31,544 nt of DNA from a virus (Duplodnaviria; Caudoviricetes). Below are positions 1 to 9,138 of this stretch, piece by piece. The stretch is from positions 1 through 31,544 of the IMG/VR virus record IMGVR_UViG_3300025886_000101. One strand, written 5' to 3'. A program made the translations under genes and the position numbers. The notes beneath the pieces are model-generated. The model did not search any database. It was not told the DNA's origin and saw only the letters and a list, made by a program, of their open reading frames with translations. How positions within the stretch are numbered: the stretch's first letter is position 1; each line of letters starts with the position of its first letter.

Positions 1-1
1 C

Positions 2-3000
2 CTGTGCATTCTTAACTTTGCTTTTTATAAGATTATGGATCCCTCTTTGGAATGACGATCTACGGCCAACCTTTTCCCCTCTAGCAAAAGTCTCGGAAAC
101 TAATTTATGCTGCTCTATATTTTTAACCCCATGCTTTTTCATTACTTTATTAAGTGCTGAAAAGTTTGAGTTAATTTCGGAATGAAGCCTGCCACTCTTG
201 TAGTATTGATCACCAATAAACATTCCATCATCAGTCATAGTAAATCCAGTAAGAAAAGAATCACCATCTGAATCTACTAGCTTACTAATATCCATGAAGA
301 AGTCTGACATCTTTTGTTTATCAAGGTGCTTGGTATCAAATGATACTGCTTCATTAAATTTAGTTTTAGGGTCATTCAATTCAATGATCGTAGGCTGCCT
401 AAATACATTTCCATCTGCTTGGTCTAATGCACTTGAGACTTCCATCATCACTGACTTAACGGTCTCTGGGTTGCCTCGCATGGTCATTGAAATATTTGGG
501 GTCACTGCTGCGGCCCCATCTTCTGTGTAGCCTCCAAATCCTCTTTGAACATTTTGAACAACTAGTTCTTCACCAAATTGATCAGCAATCTTTTGTACCT
601 CCGCACCAAGTTGATCTGCCACTGCATCAGTAATTTTAGCAACCCCAGCATCTCTGTCTCCTGCACCCATACTTGATACTTGATCTTGTACAGCCTTTGC
701 ATTTGATGAGTCCCCCCAAGTATCTACCTCGAACGGAAACTTCTGGTCTGCGGTTTTATTATAAGTGTCCAGCATTGCCCCTAGGATACCCTGTGCTTCC
801 TTTGATATCTTTTTAGGATCAAGACCCTTTCCTGCCCTTAGTCCCTCCATTGCATCCTTCATGTGCTTAAACCTGTCACCGAATAAAACCAGCTTTTGGT
901 TGGACTCCAGTGGGTTCTCGAACTTGGTCAATGCCCATAAGATTTCTTGAGCATTTCTGGCCAACAGTTTTTCTTTTCCGAAGAACTTGGCTACACCTTT
1001 TTTATTTAAGGAATCAGCAATTAAACCGTCTACTGTTTGATGGGCATCATACAATGGCCCACCACCTTGCGGAGTTAATCCACCCTCATCTGCCACTTTG
1101 TAGTAAGACCACTTTGTTTCTTCAGTAAAGCCTGCCTTGGATCGTTCCTTCCATGTGGTTTCATTCCAATTATTAATACCGTCAACCTGTAAGGAATTAG
1201 CTTGCTGGAAATTCATCTCCGCTGGGTCATCAATCTTCATGTCCTTCTTGGCCGCCTTCCAGTATTTGCCATTTGGATCCATAGTTTTCTCGACTCTATG
1301 TTTTGGTATAGACCAGAGAAATGGTTTTGCATTGGCCGTGGGCCTGCCTGCTTTAATTACATAAGCTGGGTGAGCATACTCCTTGGCCGCCATGTCCCAC
1401 ATGTCTACGGTTGCGAGTCCATCTAATAACTTTTTTAGCTTTACGGTTTGCTTGGCCGATAGGGTCTGCTTCGGTTTAATTACATCCAAGGTCACTGCTG
1501 CTCGATTCATCAGCATATCAACATCCTTTTGCGTACCCTCCACCTTTGCAATTTCAATCAACTCGGCCAGCCCATTAAGATAGAAATTTCTTACCTTATC
1601 ACTAGCACCTTTGCGATCTGCATCAAGAACCTCAAAGTGTTTTCCACCCTTCCAATCAAGTGCAGTTTCTTGGGCTGCAACCTGTTGGTCTACTGGATTT
1701 ATTTTGTGTCCAGAGATACCAGTATGATGGCCCATGATTGAACGGCCAGACTTTGTCATGTTGGCGGCCACTGCACTACGAGGGGAACCAAGTGCTAGGA
1801 ATCTAAGCTGGAGATCTGCAATATCATATTTATCCCGTCCCTTTAGTGGGACATACTTTGCCATGTCTAGTGCAGTCCTGCCCATGTCAGAGTAAAAGCT
1901 TGCGGTTCGCTTAGTAAACTCTGGGTATTTCTTTTGGTAGTATTCGATCTTGTCAGTGATTTTATTAATCAAGGAAACCACATCATCGTAGTTCTTAAAC
2001 ATACCAGAAACTTTATTATTAATTACCCCCATTCTTGCAGGTAGTGCCACTGAATCTTGATAGGGATTGTCTGGGTAGTCTGCCATTGTAAGCTTGGCTT
2101 GAATCGCTTTCTTGTCCCCCTCTAGGTTCTTAATGACATCTACGGAAATAGATTCAAATGGAGGTTTAGGCGGCATGTATGCAATGCCATCAATATTGCC
2201 AGTGTCGAAGATTTTGCTGGTTACTGGGCCTTGGTCTTTAACTTGTGCGAGGAAAAGCTTATTTGTAATGATTGCCCTCTTTGCGGTAGCAAGGCCAACT
2301 CCATCTGACATTGGCTTCCCCCAACCAATTCGATCATCGGACATCAATCGATCTCGCAATCTTTTGTCTGTAATTGGTTTATTGAATTCAGAGAACTTAC
2401 CTGTTTTAAAATTATAATCAAAATCTCCAATTTCCTTAAACCTCTCTCTTGCCATGTTCATCTCTGCCATTGCAAGCCAAGCAATATCTTGCTCGTAATT
2501 CTTACCAAATGCTTTTACTTCTGCCTTTGAAAAACCATTGTCAACATTTGGTTTTAAGTGCTTCGTTGACTTATGCTTTAACGCACTGGAAAGCATAGCA
2601 GAAAGTGATCTAATTTGATTTATTTGACTTAATGAACTCGGCTTGTAGACCATATTATTAGCAGCCGCATAATCCAGTAAGATCTGATAGGAAGTAAAAC
2701 CAAACCCTTGTCCCTGCTCTGGTGCTTGTGACGAATCTACATGCAAAATGCTGCGACCACTTGAATCAACATCCAGTGGACTATGATATGCAAATATTGA
2801 CTCTGGGGAATTAAAATAATCATCTGCATCTGGGTCATTCAATGATTTCTTTACATTATCTGCCATGCTTTTTGTGACTAAATGAAAACCTATATTGTCA
2901 GCATCCTTATAAGGTAATACCTTAATTTTTCCACCAGATGCCTGCTGGGTGATCCGTTCAATATTCTTCGATTTAGTAGTGGGAACCTTAAATGCTTTGC

Positions 3001-6000
3001 TTGTATTCGTAACTGCTTCCCAGCCTTTTGTGATACGCTCTTTCATCCCTTTTTCTTTGAGAGCAGCACCTAGTTTCTCCACACCCTCTTTTGCTAAAGC
3101 ATCATCGAGGAAAGCAAACTTACCATCTTTATCTTTGCTAAACAACTGGGGCCTGCCCTGCATGGACATATTTATTTGGTCTACATCTGCACGGGTTGCG
3201 GCATCCCTTACTGATATAGTTTCCATGCCAGACCTTGTCCTTGCCTGCACCATATCATCTGCCTTGGGCGGCATATAACGGATGTCTGGGTTGCCAGAGT
3301 CAAATGTACCTTTGTTGCCAGTTGCTGATTTTATTTGTTCTGGAGAAAAAGCTATATATGAGTCTGCGCCCAACTTGCTCTGCTTGCCTTCATGTTCATT
3401 TCTATAAACTACCCCATCATATCCTTCGGATATCAAAGATTTTTTTACCTCAAGCAATGCTCTTCTGTTGGTATCTCTGTATACCTCATCAAACTTACTT
3501 CCACTACCATACTTAATTTCTATAGCTTCAGAATCTGGGGCAAGTTTGTATAAGCGATCAACTTCCCTTCTGTCTAAAACATCCGACAACTGCATTATAA
3601 ATGAATTTGCATCATCGTTGCCAGCATCCATTAATCTCAATGGATTTTTTATCGACAAGTAAACTGGCATTATATTCGTATTCTTTTTTCCAGATACAAT
3701 GTCATTTGCTTGATCAATGTTTCCGAAGTGTGGGCCTAAACTTCGTCCATCATTAAAAGTATTAAATTGGGTGTCAGTACCATGATGGACAACTAATGGT
3801 TGCCCTTTCTCATCCACCACTTTTGAGTTACCAAACCAATTCTTGAATGCCTTAGTGCCAGTGGTTCCTTTGTTTGGCGGCATAAGGTTGTTAATGATCC
3901 TTGCAGGATCCACATGCCTCTGCCCTGTCAATTGATCGGCCTTGCCTATCCGTTCTAACCTGCGACTACGATAGATAGGACGAGGGTTCTTGCTCTTTGC
4001 CCCACCGTCTAATGCAGCCAGCCAAGGATTAGCATCCGCATGGGCCTTGGATGATTTACCGAACATGGCATTTATAAAGTTCATCTTCTCTTTTGCCATG
4101 TCTGGGTTTCCATCCAAATTAAGCCAACCATGTTTTCCCTCGGCATGATTCAAATGATATTGATGCATTGCATCCATGAATGAATCCTTTGGGTTTGCGG
4201 TACCAAATAAACGAGTAACCTCGGCCTGCTGCTGGCGAAATATCTTATCAATATTTTTATACAACTGGTCTACGGAAATTGTACGAATATTGATATTCCC
4301 TTTTTGTGTAATTTCTATTCCGTAAGGAACCTCAAGGACATGCTGCACCTTTGCGTTAACATATTTACCTCCACCCTTTACGGTGGCCTTAAAGTAACTC
4401 AGCAACCAATCAGATCCACCTTTTTGATTAGACCCGTTTTTCAGTGATAAGTTTATCTCTTTAAGTAAAGCAATTTGAGCTTTATTCCATCCACCTTGGC
4501 CAGCCACTTCATCAATAATACTTTCATCAATAAACCTGCCTTCAAAGGATACTGCACCAGTGTCTTCATTTTTCTTTTCTCTAATATGCCCTGCTGGTAA
4601 TCCGTCTGCGGCATCCTTTCTAGAGATAGCATCAAGCAGGGAATCACTTAAATCCTTATTGTACTTTCTTTGCTGGGCTGGAGTCATGGCGGTATCTGGA
4701 ACGATGTTACCGTTCTCATCTACCTTCATAATTGTCCCTGCTCGTAACTGCTCAATAAGTTCTGGGTTCTTTGCAAACTCTGCACCCTTAATATCAATTA
4801 CATTCTGACCGTCATCTACTGGGAATTTTTCCTGTACCTTCTCCTTAGAAAGTCCCTCAATTTCACGGTTATATTTCCTAAGTAATTCTGTAACCGCAGG
4901 GATTCGTTGCATCCCACCAAAAACTCCATTGGGAGATTGCAGTAAACCGTCTGCACGAAATGTACCACCAAGGCGAGCAATCATGCTGCGAAGGAATGGT
5001 TTATTCTGTAACATAGGTGATGAGACTATTGTTCTCATCAATGCACCAGTTGGCCCCTCATGGAGATCCCTGTACCTTCTGTTGTCAGATAAAAAGAAAT
5101 CGGCACCATGCTCGGCCACAACTTCACGGGCAATTACTTCATCTGGAATAAGGTCAATTACTTCCTGTCTTGGTTTACCCTCTTCAAAGAAAAACTTCCC
5201 GTACTCATACTTAAAATCATCAAGCTTTGAGTTTGTCTTATACCCCTTGCCATCCTCACGCATGACTGGTTTTCCCTCAGAGTCTCTTAGAGTAAATTCT
5301 CCAGCTTTCTCAAGTAAATGATTTCCTAGCAATAAGTCAGTGAACAACCTAGACCCACCCGTTTCCTCTAGGTAGTGACTAATCTCATGCCTTACTAGCG
5401 GCTCAATGGCCCAAGCAGAATCTGTGTTTACCTCGATATATGAGGTTCCATCCACCCTGTACTGGCGGCCACCCTTACCATCCTTACCAAGTTGCTTGAA
5501 ATTAAATACGGTATCCTTGTACGACATGGCAGCATTTGCATATGCGATTTGCTCGCCCTTGCCCATTGCTCCAAAGGATTGCTTCATACTGGATGGCAAT
5601 AAATTCTTAGTAAAGTACTGGAGGGATCCATGCCTGCGTGATTGTATTTCTGCTGCACTCTTTCCAGATATCATACGGAATGGTTTTGATGCAGTGTAAG
5701 CACCTCCACCAAACGCAGCACCTCCACCCATGCCTCCGTACATAGCTTCCTCTTGCTCTCCACCACCAGCAACATACCCAAAGGCACCACCAATTGCCAT
5801 GCCCTTAGTGGTTTGATTTGCCAACCTTCCAATGCCCTCTACGGGTCTTCCAAGCTTTGTTTTATTAAGGACATCAACAATCATTTGTGATCCCTGTGAG
5901 AGTTGTCCCCTTGGGGATACTGCACGGTTTAAGACCTTGCCTTGGCCTGCACCAAAATTCTTTTCTAGTGTACCTCTTGCGGTAGAAAGAAATCCATCAC

Positions 6001-7522
6001 GATCAATGATCCTGTCAGTAATTGTTTCCCTGCCATTTGCACCTAGTCGCTGGAAGAAATTTAGTTCAGTAGCTGGCTCCATTAGTTCACGGCCAACCAA
6101 GGACATATCTCTACCAAACCTTGCCATGAGGGGGAGTCCTACCACGGTTCCTGCGGCCATCATGGAAAGCATTTCGTCATCTGTTAATAGGTCAGTGACT
6201 GCATATGCAGTCGTTCCTGCTGCTGCATAATTTACTGCCTTCCTTGCTATCCCATCTTGAAAAAGCTTAACTGCTTTCTCTTCTGGAATGCCCATTTTAA
6301 TTGCAGTGGTAATAGCAGTTTCTGCTGGTAGATCCTTTAAGAACCTTATCATGTTTCCAGCATTCTCAATTACTTTACCAGTCACAACCATTCCAGAACC
6401 AGCAAGGGTGCCAGTAAACGACTTCCTTCCCTTAATCGGAACACCCTTTATAGAACTCTCAATTAATTCTTTTACAGGATTTCCTTTCGGTAATGTGCCA
6501 GCAAATTTTAATAAAGCCTGTTGCTGCGGTTTTGCCATTGTCTGGATCTTATCTAAATTCTCTAAGATTTGACCGTCTAAGAACTGTATTTGTTTCTTTA
6601 CCGACTCTGATGCACCTCGGCCAAATGCACCCTTGCCCTTGTATTGACCAAAGTTCAATGCTTTCTGGAGGGTTGCCTGCTTTAATATCGCTTGTTTTGT
6701 GTCGTTTAGTAAAGCAATCTGTGAACCCCTAAACATCTTGTTGGTTAAGGATCCTCCAACTTTAAAGGCAGCACCAAATGGTATAAAGTTCGATGGGTCT
6801 GCCACCATAGAGGCACCCATTGCGGCCTGCCTATCTGGCTCAACCTCACCACTTGTGATCATTCTTTTTATCTCTGGATCCATGCCTGCCGTCATCCAGC
6901 TTGTGGCATTTTCTAGGTAAATATTCTGTCTTCTTTTCTCTACCTCGTTTACTTTCTTCCAGAACTCATAGGAACTATCAATATCCTCCTCGGACATATC
7001 ATCGTCCCAGAGCATATCCCAGACTCGACTACCTCCATGAATAAGCATGTCGTAATTGAGTTCAATATCTCCAAGCATTTGGAGATTGGTGGCCTTTGAC
7101 TTAGCTGCGTACTTCTTTCCTGCTTCAGTAAAATGAAAGTTAGATAAAAATCTTTCTGGAAAAGTTTTTGCCATCTGGCCCATGTCATCGACAATCATTT
7201 CTAAACCATCCATGAACATTTCGCCTGCACCTTTTTCGGACTTAAATGCTCCCTGCTGCTTAAAGAACTTAAATGTCTCACGGTCAACGAGCATGTCATC
7301 CATTGTGGCATCACGGGGTTCGCCTTGAACTTGTGGCTCAAATGGTTTGTTTGCAAGTAGTGGGTCTATCTGGGCATAACCTCCACCCTCTAGTGGCACC
7401 TTGCTGCCTTCTTGCGGCATAGGGAGTGCCGTCATCTTACCTATGTAATTTTCTTCTGCCTCGGCCCGTTGAAACATCTCTAACTCCTCTGGAGTCAGAT
7501 CCCTAGCTTCCTGTAAACTCAT
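2..7522 (-). CDS. Giant polyvalent / internal virion (ejection) protein, >2,507 aa, 3'-truncated by window edge
   Basis: ATG at 7522 overlaps the TGA of 7519..9138 (ATGA). It begins MSLQEARDLTPEELEMFQRAEAEENY. All segments I translated by hand are open in this frame, ending ...FQRGIHNLIKSKVKNAQ at the edge. An internal stop would have produced a long ORF in the track, and none is listed. It follows the ejection-protein genes and contains HEISH, ART-like, GNAT-like and HhH-like motifs. Confidence 0.92.
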   Translation of the reverse strand, partial: MSLQEARDLTPEELEMFQRAEAEENYIGKMTALPMPQEGSKVPLEGGGYAQIDPLLANKPFEPQVQGEPRDATMDDMLVDRETFKFFKQQGAFKSEKGAGEMFMDGLEMIVDDMGQMAKTFPERFLSNFHFTEAGKKYAAKSKATNLQMLGDIELNYDMLIHGGSRVWDMLWDDDMSEEDIDSSYEFWKKVNEVEKRRQNIYLENATSWMTAGMDPEIKRMITSGEVEPDRQAAMGASMVADPSNFIPFGAAFKVGGSLTNKMFRGSQIALLNDTKQAILKQATLQKALNFGQYKGKGAFGRGASESVKKQIQFLDGQILENLDKIQTMAKPQQQALLKFAGTLPKGNPVKELIESSIKGVPIKGRKSFTGTLAGSGMVVTGKVIENAGNMIRFLKDLPAETAITTAIKMGIPEEKAVKLFQDGIARKAVNYAAAGTTAYAVTDLLTDDEMLSMMAAGTVVGLPLMARFGRDMSLVGRELMEPATELNFFQRLGANGRETITDRIIDRDGFLSTARGTLEKNFGAGQGKVLNRAVSPRGQLSQGSQMIVDVLNKTKLGRPVEGIGRLANQTTKGMAIGGAFGYVAGGGEQEEAMYGGMGGGAAFGGGAYTASKPFRMISGKSAAEIQSRRHGSLQYFTKNLLPSSMKQSFGAMGKGEQIAYANAAMSYKDTVFNFKQLGKDGKGGRQYRVDGTSYIEVNTDSAWAIEPLVRHEISHYLEETGGSRLFTDLLLGNHLLEKAGEFTLRDSEGKPVMREDGKGYKTNSKLDDFKYEYGKFFFEEGKPRQEVIDLIPDEVIAREVVAEHGADFFLSDNRRYRDLHEGPTGALMRTIVSSPMLQNKPFLRSMIARLGGTFRADGLLQSPNGVFGGMQRIPAVTELLRKYNREIEGLSKEKVQEKFPVDDGQNVIDIKGAEFAKNPELIEQLRAGTIMKVDENGNIVPDTAMTPAQQRKYNKDLSDSLLDAISRKDAADGLPAGHIREKKNEDTGAVSFEGRFIDESIIDEVAGQGGWNKAQIALLKEINLSLKNGSNQKGGSDWLLSYFKATVKGGGKYVNAKVQHVLEVPYGIEITQKGNINIRTISVDQLYKNIDKIFRQQQAEVTRLFGTANPKDSFMDAMHQYHLNHAEGKHGWLNLDGNPDMAKEKMNFINAMFGKSSKAHADANPWLAALDGGAKSKNPRPIYRSRRLERIGKADQLTGQRHVDPARIINNLMPPNKGTTGTKAFKNWFGNSKVVDEKGQPLVVHHGTDTQFNTFNDGRSLGPHFGNIDQANDIVSGKKNTNIMPVYLSIKNPLRLMDAGNDDANSFIMQLSDVLDRREVDRLYKLAPDSEAIEIKYGSGSKFDEVYRDTNRRALLEVKKSLISEGYDGVVYRNEHEGKQSKLGADSYIAFSPEQIKSATGNKGTFDSGNPDIRYMPPKADDMVQARTRSGMETISVRDAATRADVDQINMSMQGRPQLFSKDKDGKFAFLDDALAKEGVEKLGAALKEKGMKERITKGWEAVTNTSKAFKVPTTKSKNIERITQQASGGKIKVLPYKDADNIGFHLVTKSMADNVKKSLNDPDADDYFNSPESIFAYHSPLDVDSSGRSILHVDSSQAPEQGQGFGFTSYQILLDYAAANNMVYKPSSLSQINQIRSLSAMLSSALKHKSTKHLKPNVDNGFSKAEVKAFGKNYEQDIAWLAMAEMNMARERFKEIGDFDYNFKTGKFSEFNKPITDKRLRDRLMSDDRIGWGKPMSDGVGLATAKRAIITNKLFLAQVKDQGPVTSKIFDTGNIDGIAYMPPKPPFESISVDVIKNLEGDKKAIQAKLTMADYPDNPYQDSVALPARMGVINNKVSGMFKNYDDVVSLINKITDKIEYYQKKYPEFTKRTASFYSDMGRTALDMAKYVPLKGRDKYDIADLQLRFLALGSPRSAVAANMTKSGRSIMGHHTGISGHKINPVDQQVAAQETALDWKGGKHFEVLDADRKGASDKVRNFYLNGLAELIEIAKVEGTQKDVDMLMNRAAVTLDVIKPKQTLSAKQTVKLKKLLDGLATVDMWDMAAKEYAHPAYVIKAGRPTANAKPFLWSIPKHRVEKTMDPNGKYWKAAKKDMKIDDPAEMNFQQANSLQVDGINNWNETTWKERSKAGFTEETKWSYYKVADEGGLTPQGGGPLYDAHQTVDGLIADSLNKKGVAKFFGKEKLLARNAQEILWALTKFENPLESNQKLVLFGDRFKHMKDAMEGLRAGKGLDPKKISKEAQGILGAMLDTYNKTADQKFPFEVDTWGDSSNAKAVQDQVSSMGAGDRDAGVAKITDAVADQLGAEVQKIADQFGEELVVQNVQRGFGGYTEDGAAAVTPNISMTMRGNPETVKSVMMEVSSALDQADGNVFRQPTIIELNDPKTKFNEAVSFDTKHLDKQKMSDFFMDISKLVDSDGDSFLTGFTMTDDGMFIGDQYYKSGRLHSEINSNFSALNKVMKKHGVKNIEQHKLVSETFARGEKVGRRSSFQRGIHNLIKSKVKNAQ
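915..1900 (-). other. HhH-GPD / DNA-glycosylase-like domain within giant protein
   Basis: Ordered motifs SFY...LALGSPRSAVAAN...DKVRNFYLN...ATVDMWDM...LY...IADSLN...NAQEILW resemble the SP..V..N / KV.xFY.N / TVDxW / QA.LW pattern of phage HhH-glycosylase-like domains. Confidence 0.6.
2540..2780 (-). other. GNAT-like acetyltransferase domain within giant protein
   Basis: ILHVDSSQAPEQGQGFGFTSYQILLDYAAANNMVYKPSSLS...MLSSALKH. QxxGxG acetyl-CoA motif A followed by a helix. Confidence 0.55.
3278..3860 (-). other. ART-PolyVal-like ADP-ribosyltransferase domain within giant protein
   Basis: KAFKNWFGNSKVVDEKGQPLVVHHGTDTQFNTF...GPHFG...IMPVYLSIKNPL...GYDGVVYRNEHEG...YIAFSPEQIKSATGNKGTFDSGNPDIRY matches the recognisable ART-PolyVal signature. 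Confidence 0.85.
5095..5400 (-). other. Zincin-like metallopeptidase (MPTase-type) domain within giant protein
   Basis: PLVRHEISHYLEETG (HExxH at 5389..5375) and downstream EVIAREVVAEHGADFF (ExxAE third-ligand-like motif, ~5140..5095). Confidence 0.7.
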
Positions 7523-9138
7523 TGTGGGTCTATGGTCTGAAGTTTTCCATCAATCATTACTACCCGTTGGCCATTGGGCATTGTCCGTAATAATTTAACC
7601 ACCTTCTCTTCTCCTTTAACTAGAACCCTAACACTCTGCCCGTCTTGTGCCTCCTCGACTGACTTAGCTTGATTCTCTGGCAGGAATTCTTTGGGGATAT
7701 TATTATACTCCTCACTGAAATATCGTTCCCTTATATTCTTTTTGAACTCCCCATAGGCTGGGTCATTTGGATTAACAAATGCATTGGACAGTTCATTAAT
7801 TGCAGACTCAGTCCCCTTAACTTTTAACTCAGATGCTACTTGACTAAATGCCTTTGCGGCCTGTCTGAGATCATCTCTTGATTTCTTATCCAGTGTCCCA
7901 TCCTTTGCTTTCTGTACCGCCCTATGAAACCTATCAACAAGGCCAGAGGATCCGCTCACTCTGTTAATATCATCCTCAGTCAAGATGCCTGTAGGCTGCA
8001 ACATCCTCGCTAATTTCTCAATGGCAGCAGTATCAGTTAATGGATTGTTTTCGCCCTTGTCATTTTTTGTGCCCAGAAAATCAATTAAATATTTTGATGA
8101 CTCAATAACGGTATCTGCTTCCGTTATGCGATTCTCTTTCTCGTAGATTTTCTTTTGCGATAAGATTTCCTTTGGCTCCACTACTGTTACCTGTTGGGCC
8201 ATTTTTTCCATCTGCTCTGGTTTCAACTGCAACTCGTTTGCTTCAGCAAAATCTTGTACTTGCTGCATAGCATCACCTTTCTCAAAGACTACACGGTTAG
8301 TCGGATTAAAACTGGTGGACATATCCGCAGCCTTTTCCTCATCTTGTAAGTTTTTAATCCGTAAGTTTTTCTCGGTGGTGTCTAGAGACTGAAGTTCCAT
8401 CTTATCTTTTCTCTCTTGCAGTTTCTGCATTGCCCCAGCTTTAAGCATTGCTTGGTATGGAGATGTAACTGGGCCATAAGCTTCAGCAAACTTTTGTGGA
8501 TCCAGTTCACCCATAGGTATAACATCTTTAAGTGCAGACTTATCCTTCTTTAGGTCAGATAATTTCTTACCAAGGTCATAAAATGATTTTGTGTATTCCT
8601 TATCCGAGATTCCACCTTCTTCAAGTTGCTGAGTAATATCCTTTATGTCAGTCCTTACACTCGATATCTTGGAATCAACTTCTGTCACCTTTGGGTTCTT
8701 AACTGCTCCAGACATTCGATTGAAATGATCAAGTTCACCTTCAGTTTTTGCTTGTTGTTGCTGAAATAAATAGTTCTGCCTTTTCTCCACTTCAGCTTGC
8801 CTCTGCATAGCAACCTCACCCTGCACTTGGGTCATAAATTCTTTATACCCTCCTGCCTCTTTAATCGCACTAGTTACATGCTTGTGTGCCTCTTCTGGGT
8901 TATTGATATCAAGGTTTCGTTGCTTTGCATACTTCTTTCCCTCTGGAGTAAGTAACCAGTCAGATGCACTCTTCTCAAAACCTTTTTTCTCAAAGTAAGA
9001 ACTTGCAACTTTGCCAACTGCAGCCCCTAGCTTTTCTAATCCTGCACCGACTGATCGTCCATAGGATTCTGCACCTCTGGTGATTGGAGAGAAGTCAGAT
9101 TGATTGACTCTAATTGGTGTGTAAAATGGTGATGCCAT
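7519..9138 (-). CDS. Putative internal virion / DNA ejection protein
   Basis: 539 aa, helical and Q/K/E-rich, with a Gly/Ala N-terminal segment. Lies between the pilot-like protein and the giant protein and overlaps both neighbours. Confidence 0.65.
   Translation of the reverse strand: MASPFYTPIRVNQSDFSPITRGAESYGRSVGAGLEKLGAAVGKVASSYFEKKGFEKSASDWLLTPEGKKYAKQRNLDINNPEEAHKHVTSAIKEAGGYKEFMTQVQGEVAMQRQAEVEKRQNYLFQQQQAKTEGELDHFNRMSGAVKNPKVTEVDSKISSVRTDIKDITQQLEEGGISDKEYTKSFYDLGKKLSDLKKDKSALKDVIPMGELDPQKFAEAYGPVTSPYQAMLKAGAMQKLQERKDKMELQSLDTTEKNLRIKNLQDEEKAADMSTSFNPTNRVVFEKGDAMQQVQDFAEANELQLKPEQMEKMAQQVTVVEPKEILSQKKIYEKENRITEADTVIESSKYLIDFLGTKNDKGENNPLTDTAAIEKLARMLQPTGILTEDDINRVSGSSGLVDRFHRAVQKAKDGTLDKKSRDDLRQAAKAFSQVASELKVKGTESAINELSNAFVNPNDPAYGEFKKNIRERYFSEEYNNIPKEFLPENQAKSVEEAQDGQSVRVLVKGEEKVVKLLRTMPNGQRVVMIDGKLQTIDPQ

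Noticed and set aside
294-6920. Many plus-strand ORFs of 60-132 aa, and two short minus-strand ORFs, over the left 7 kb
   Set aside because: They are shadows of the giant minus-strand ORF, with implausible S/L/F/C-rich composition and no motifs.
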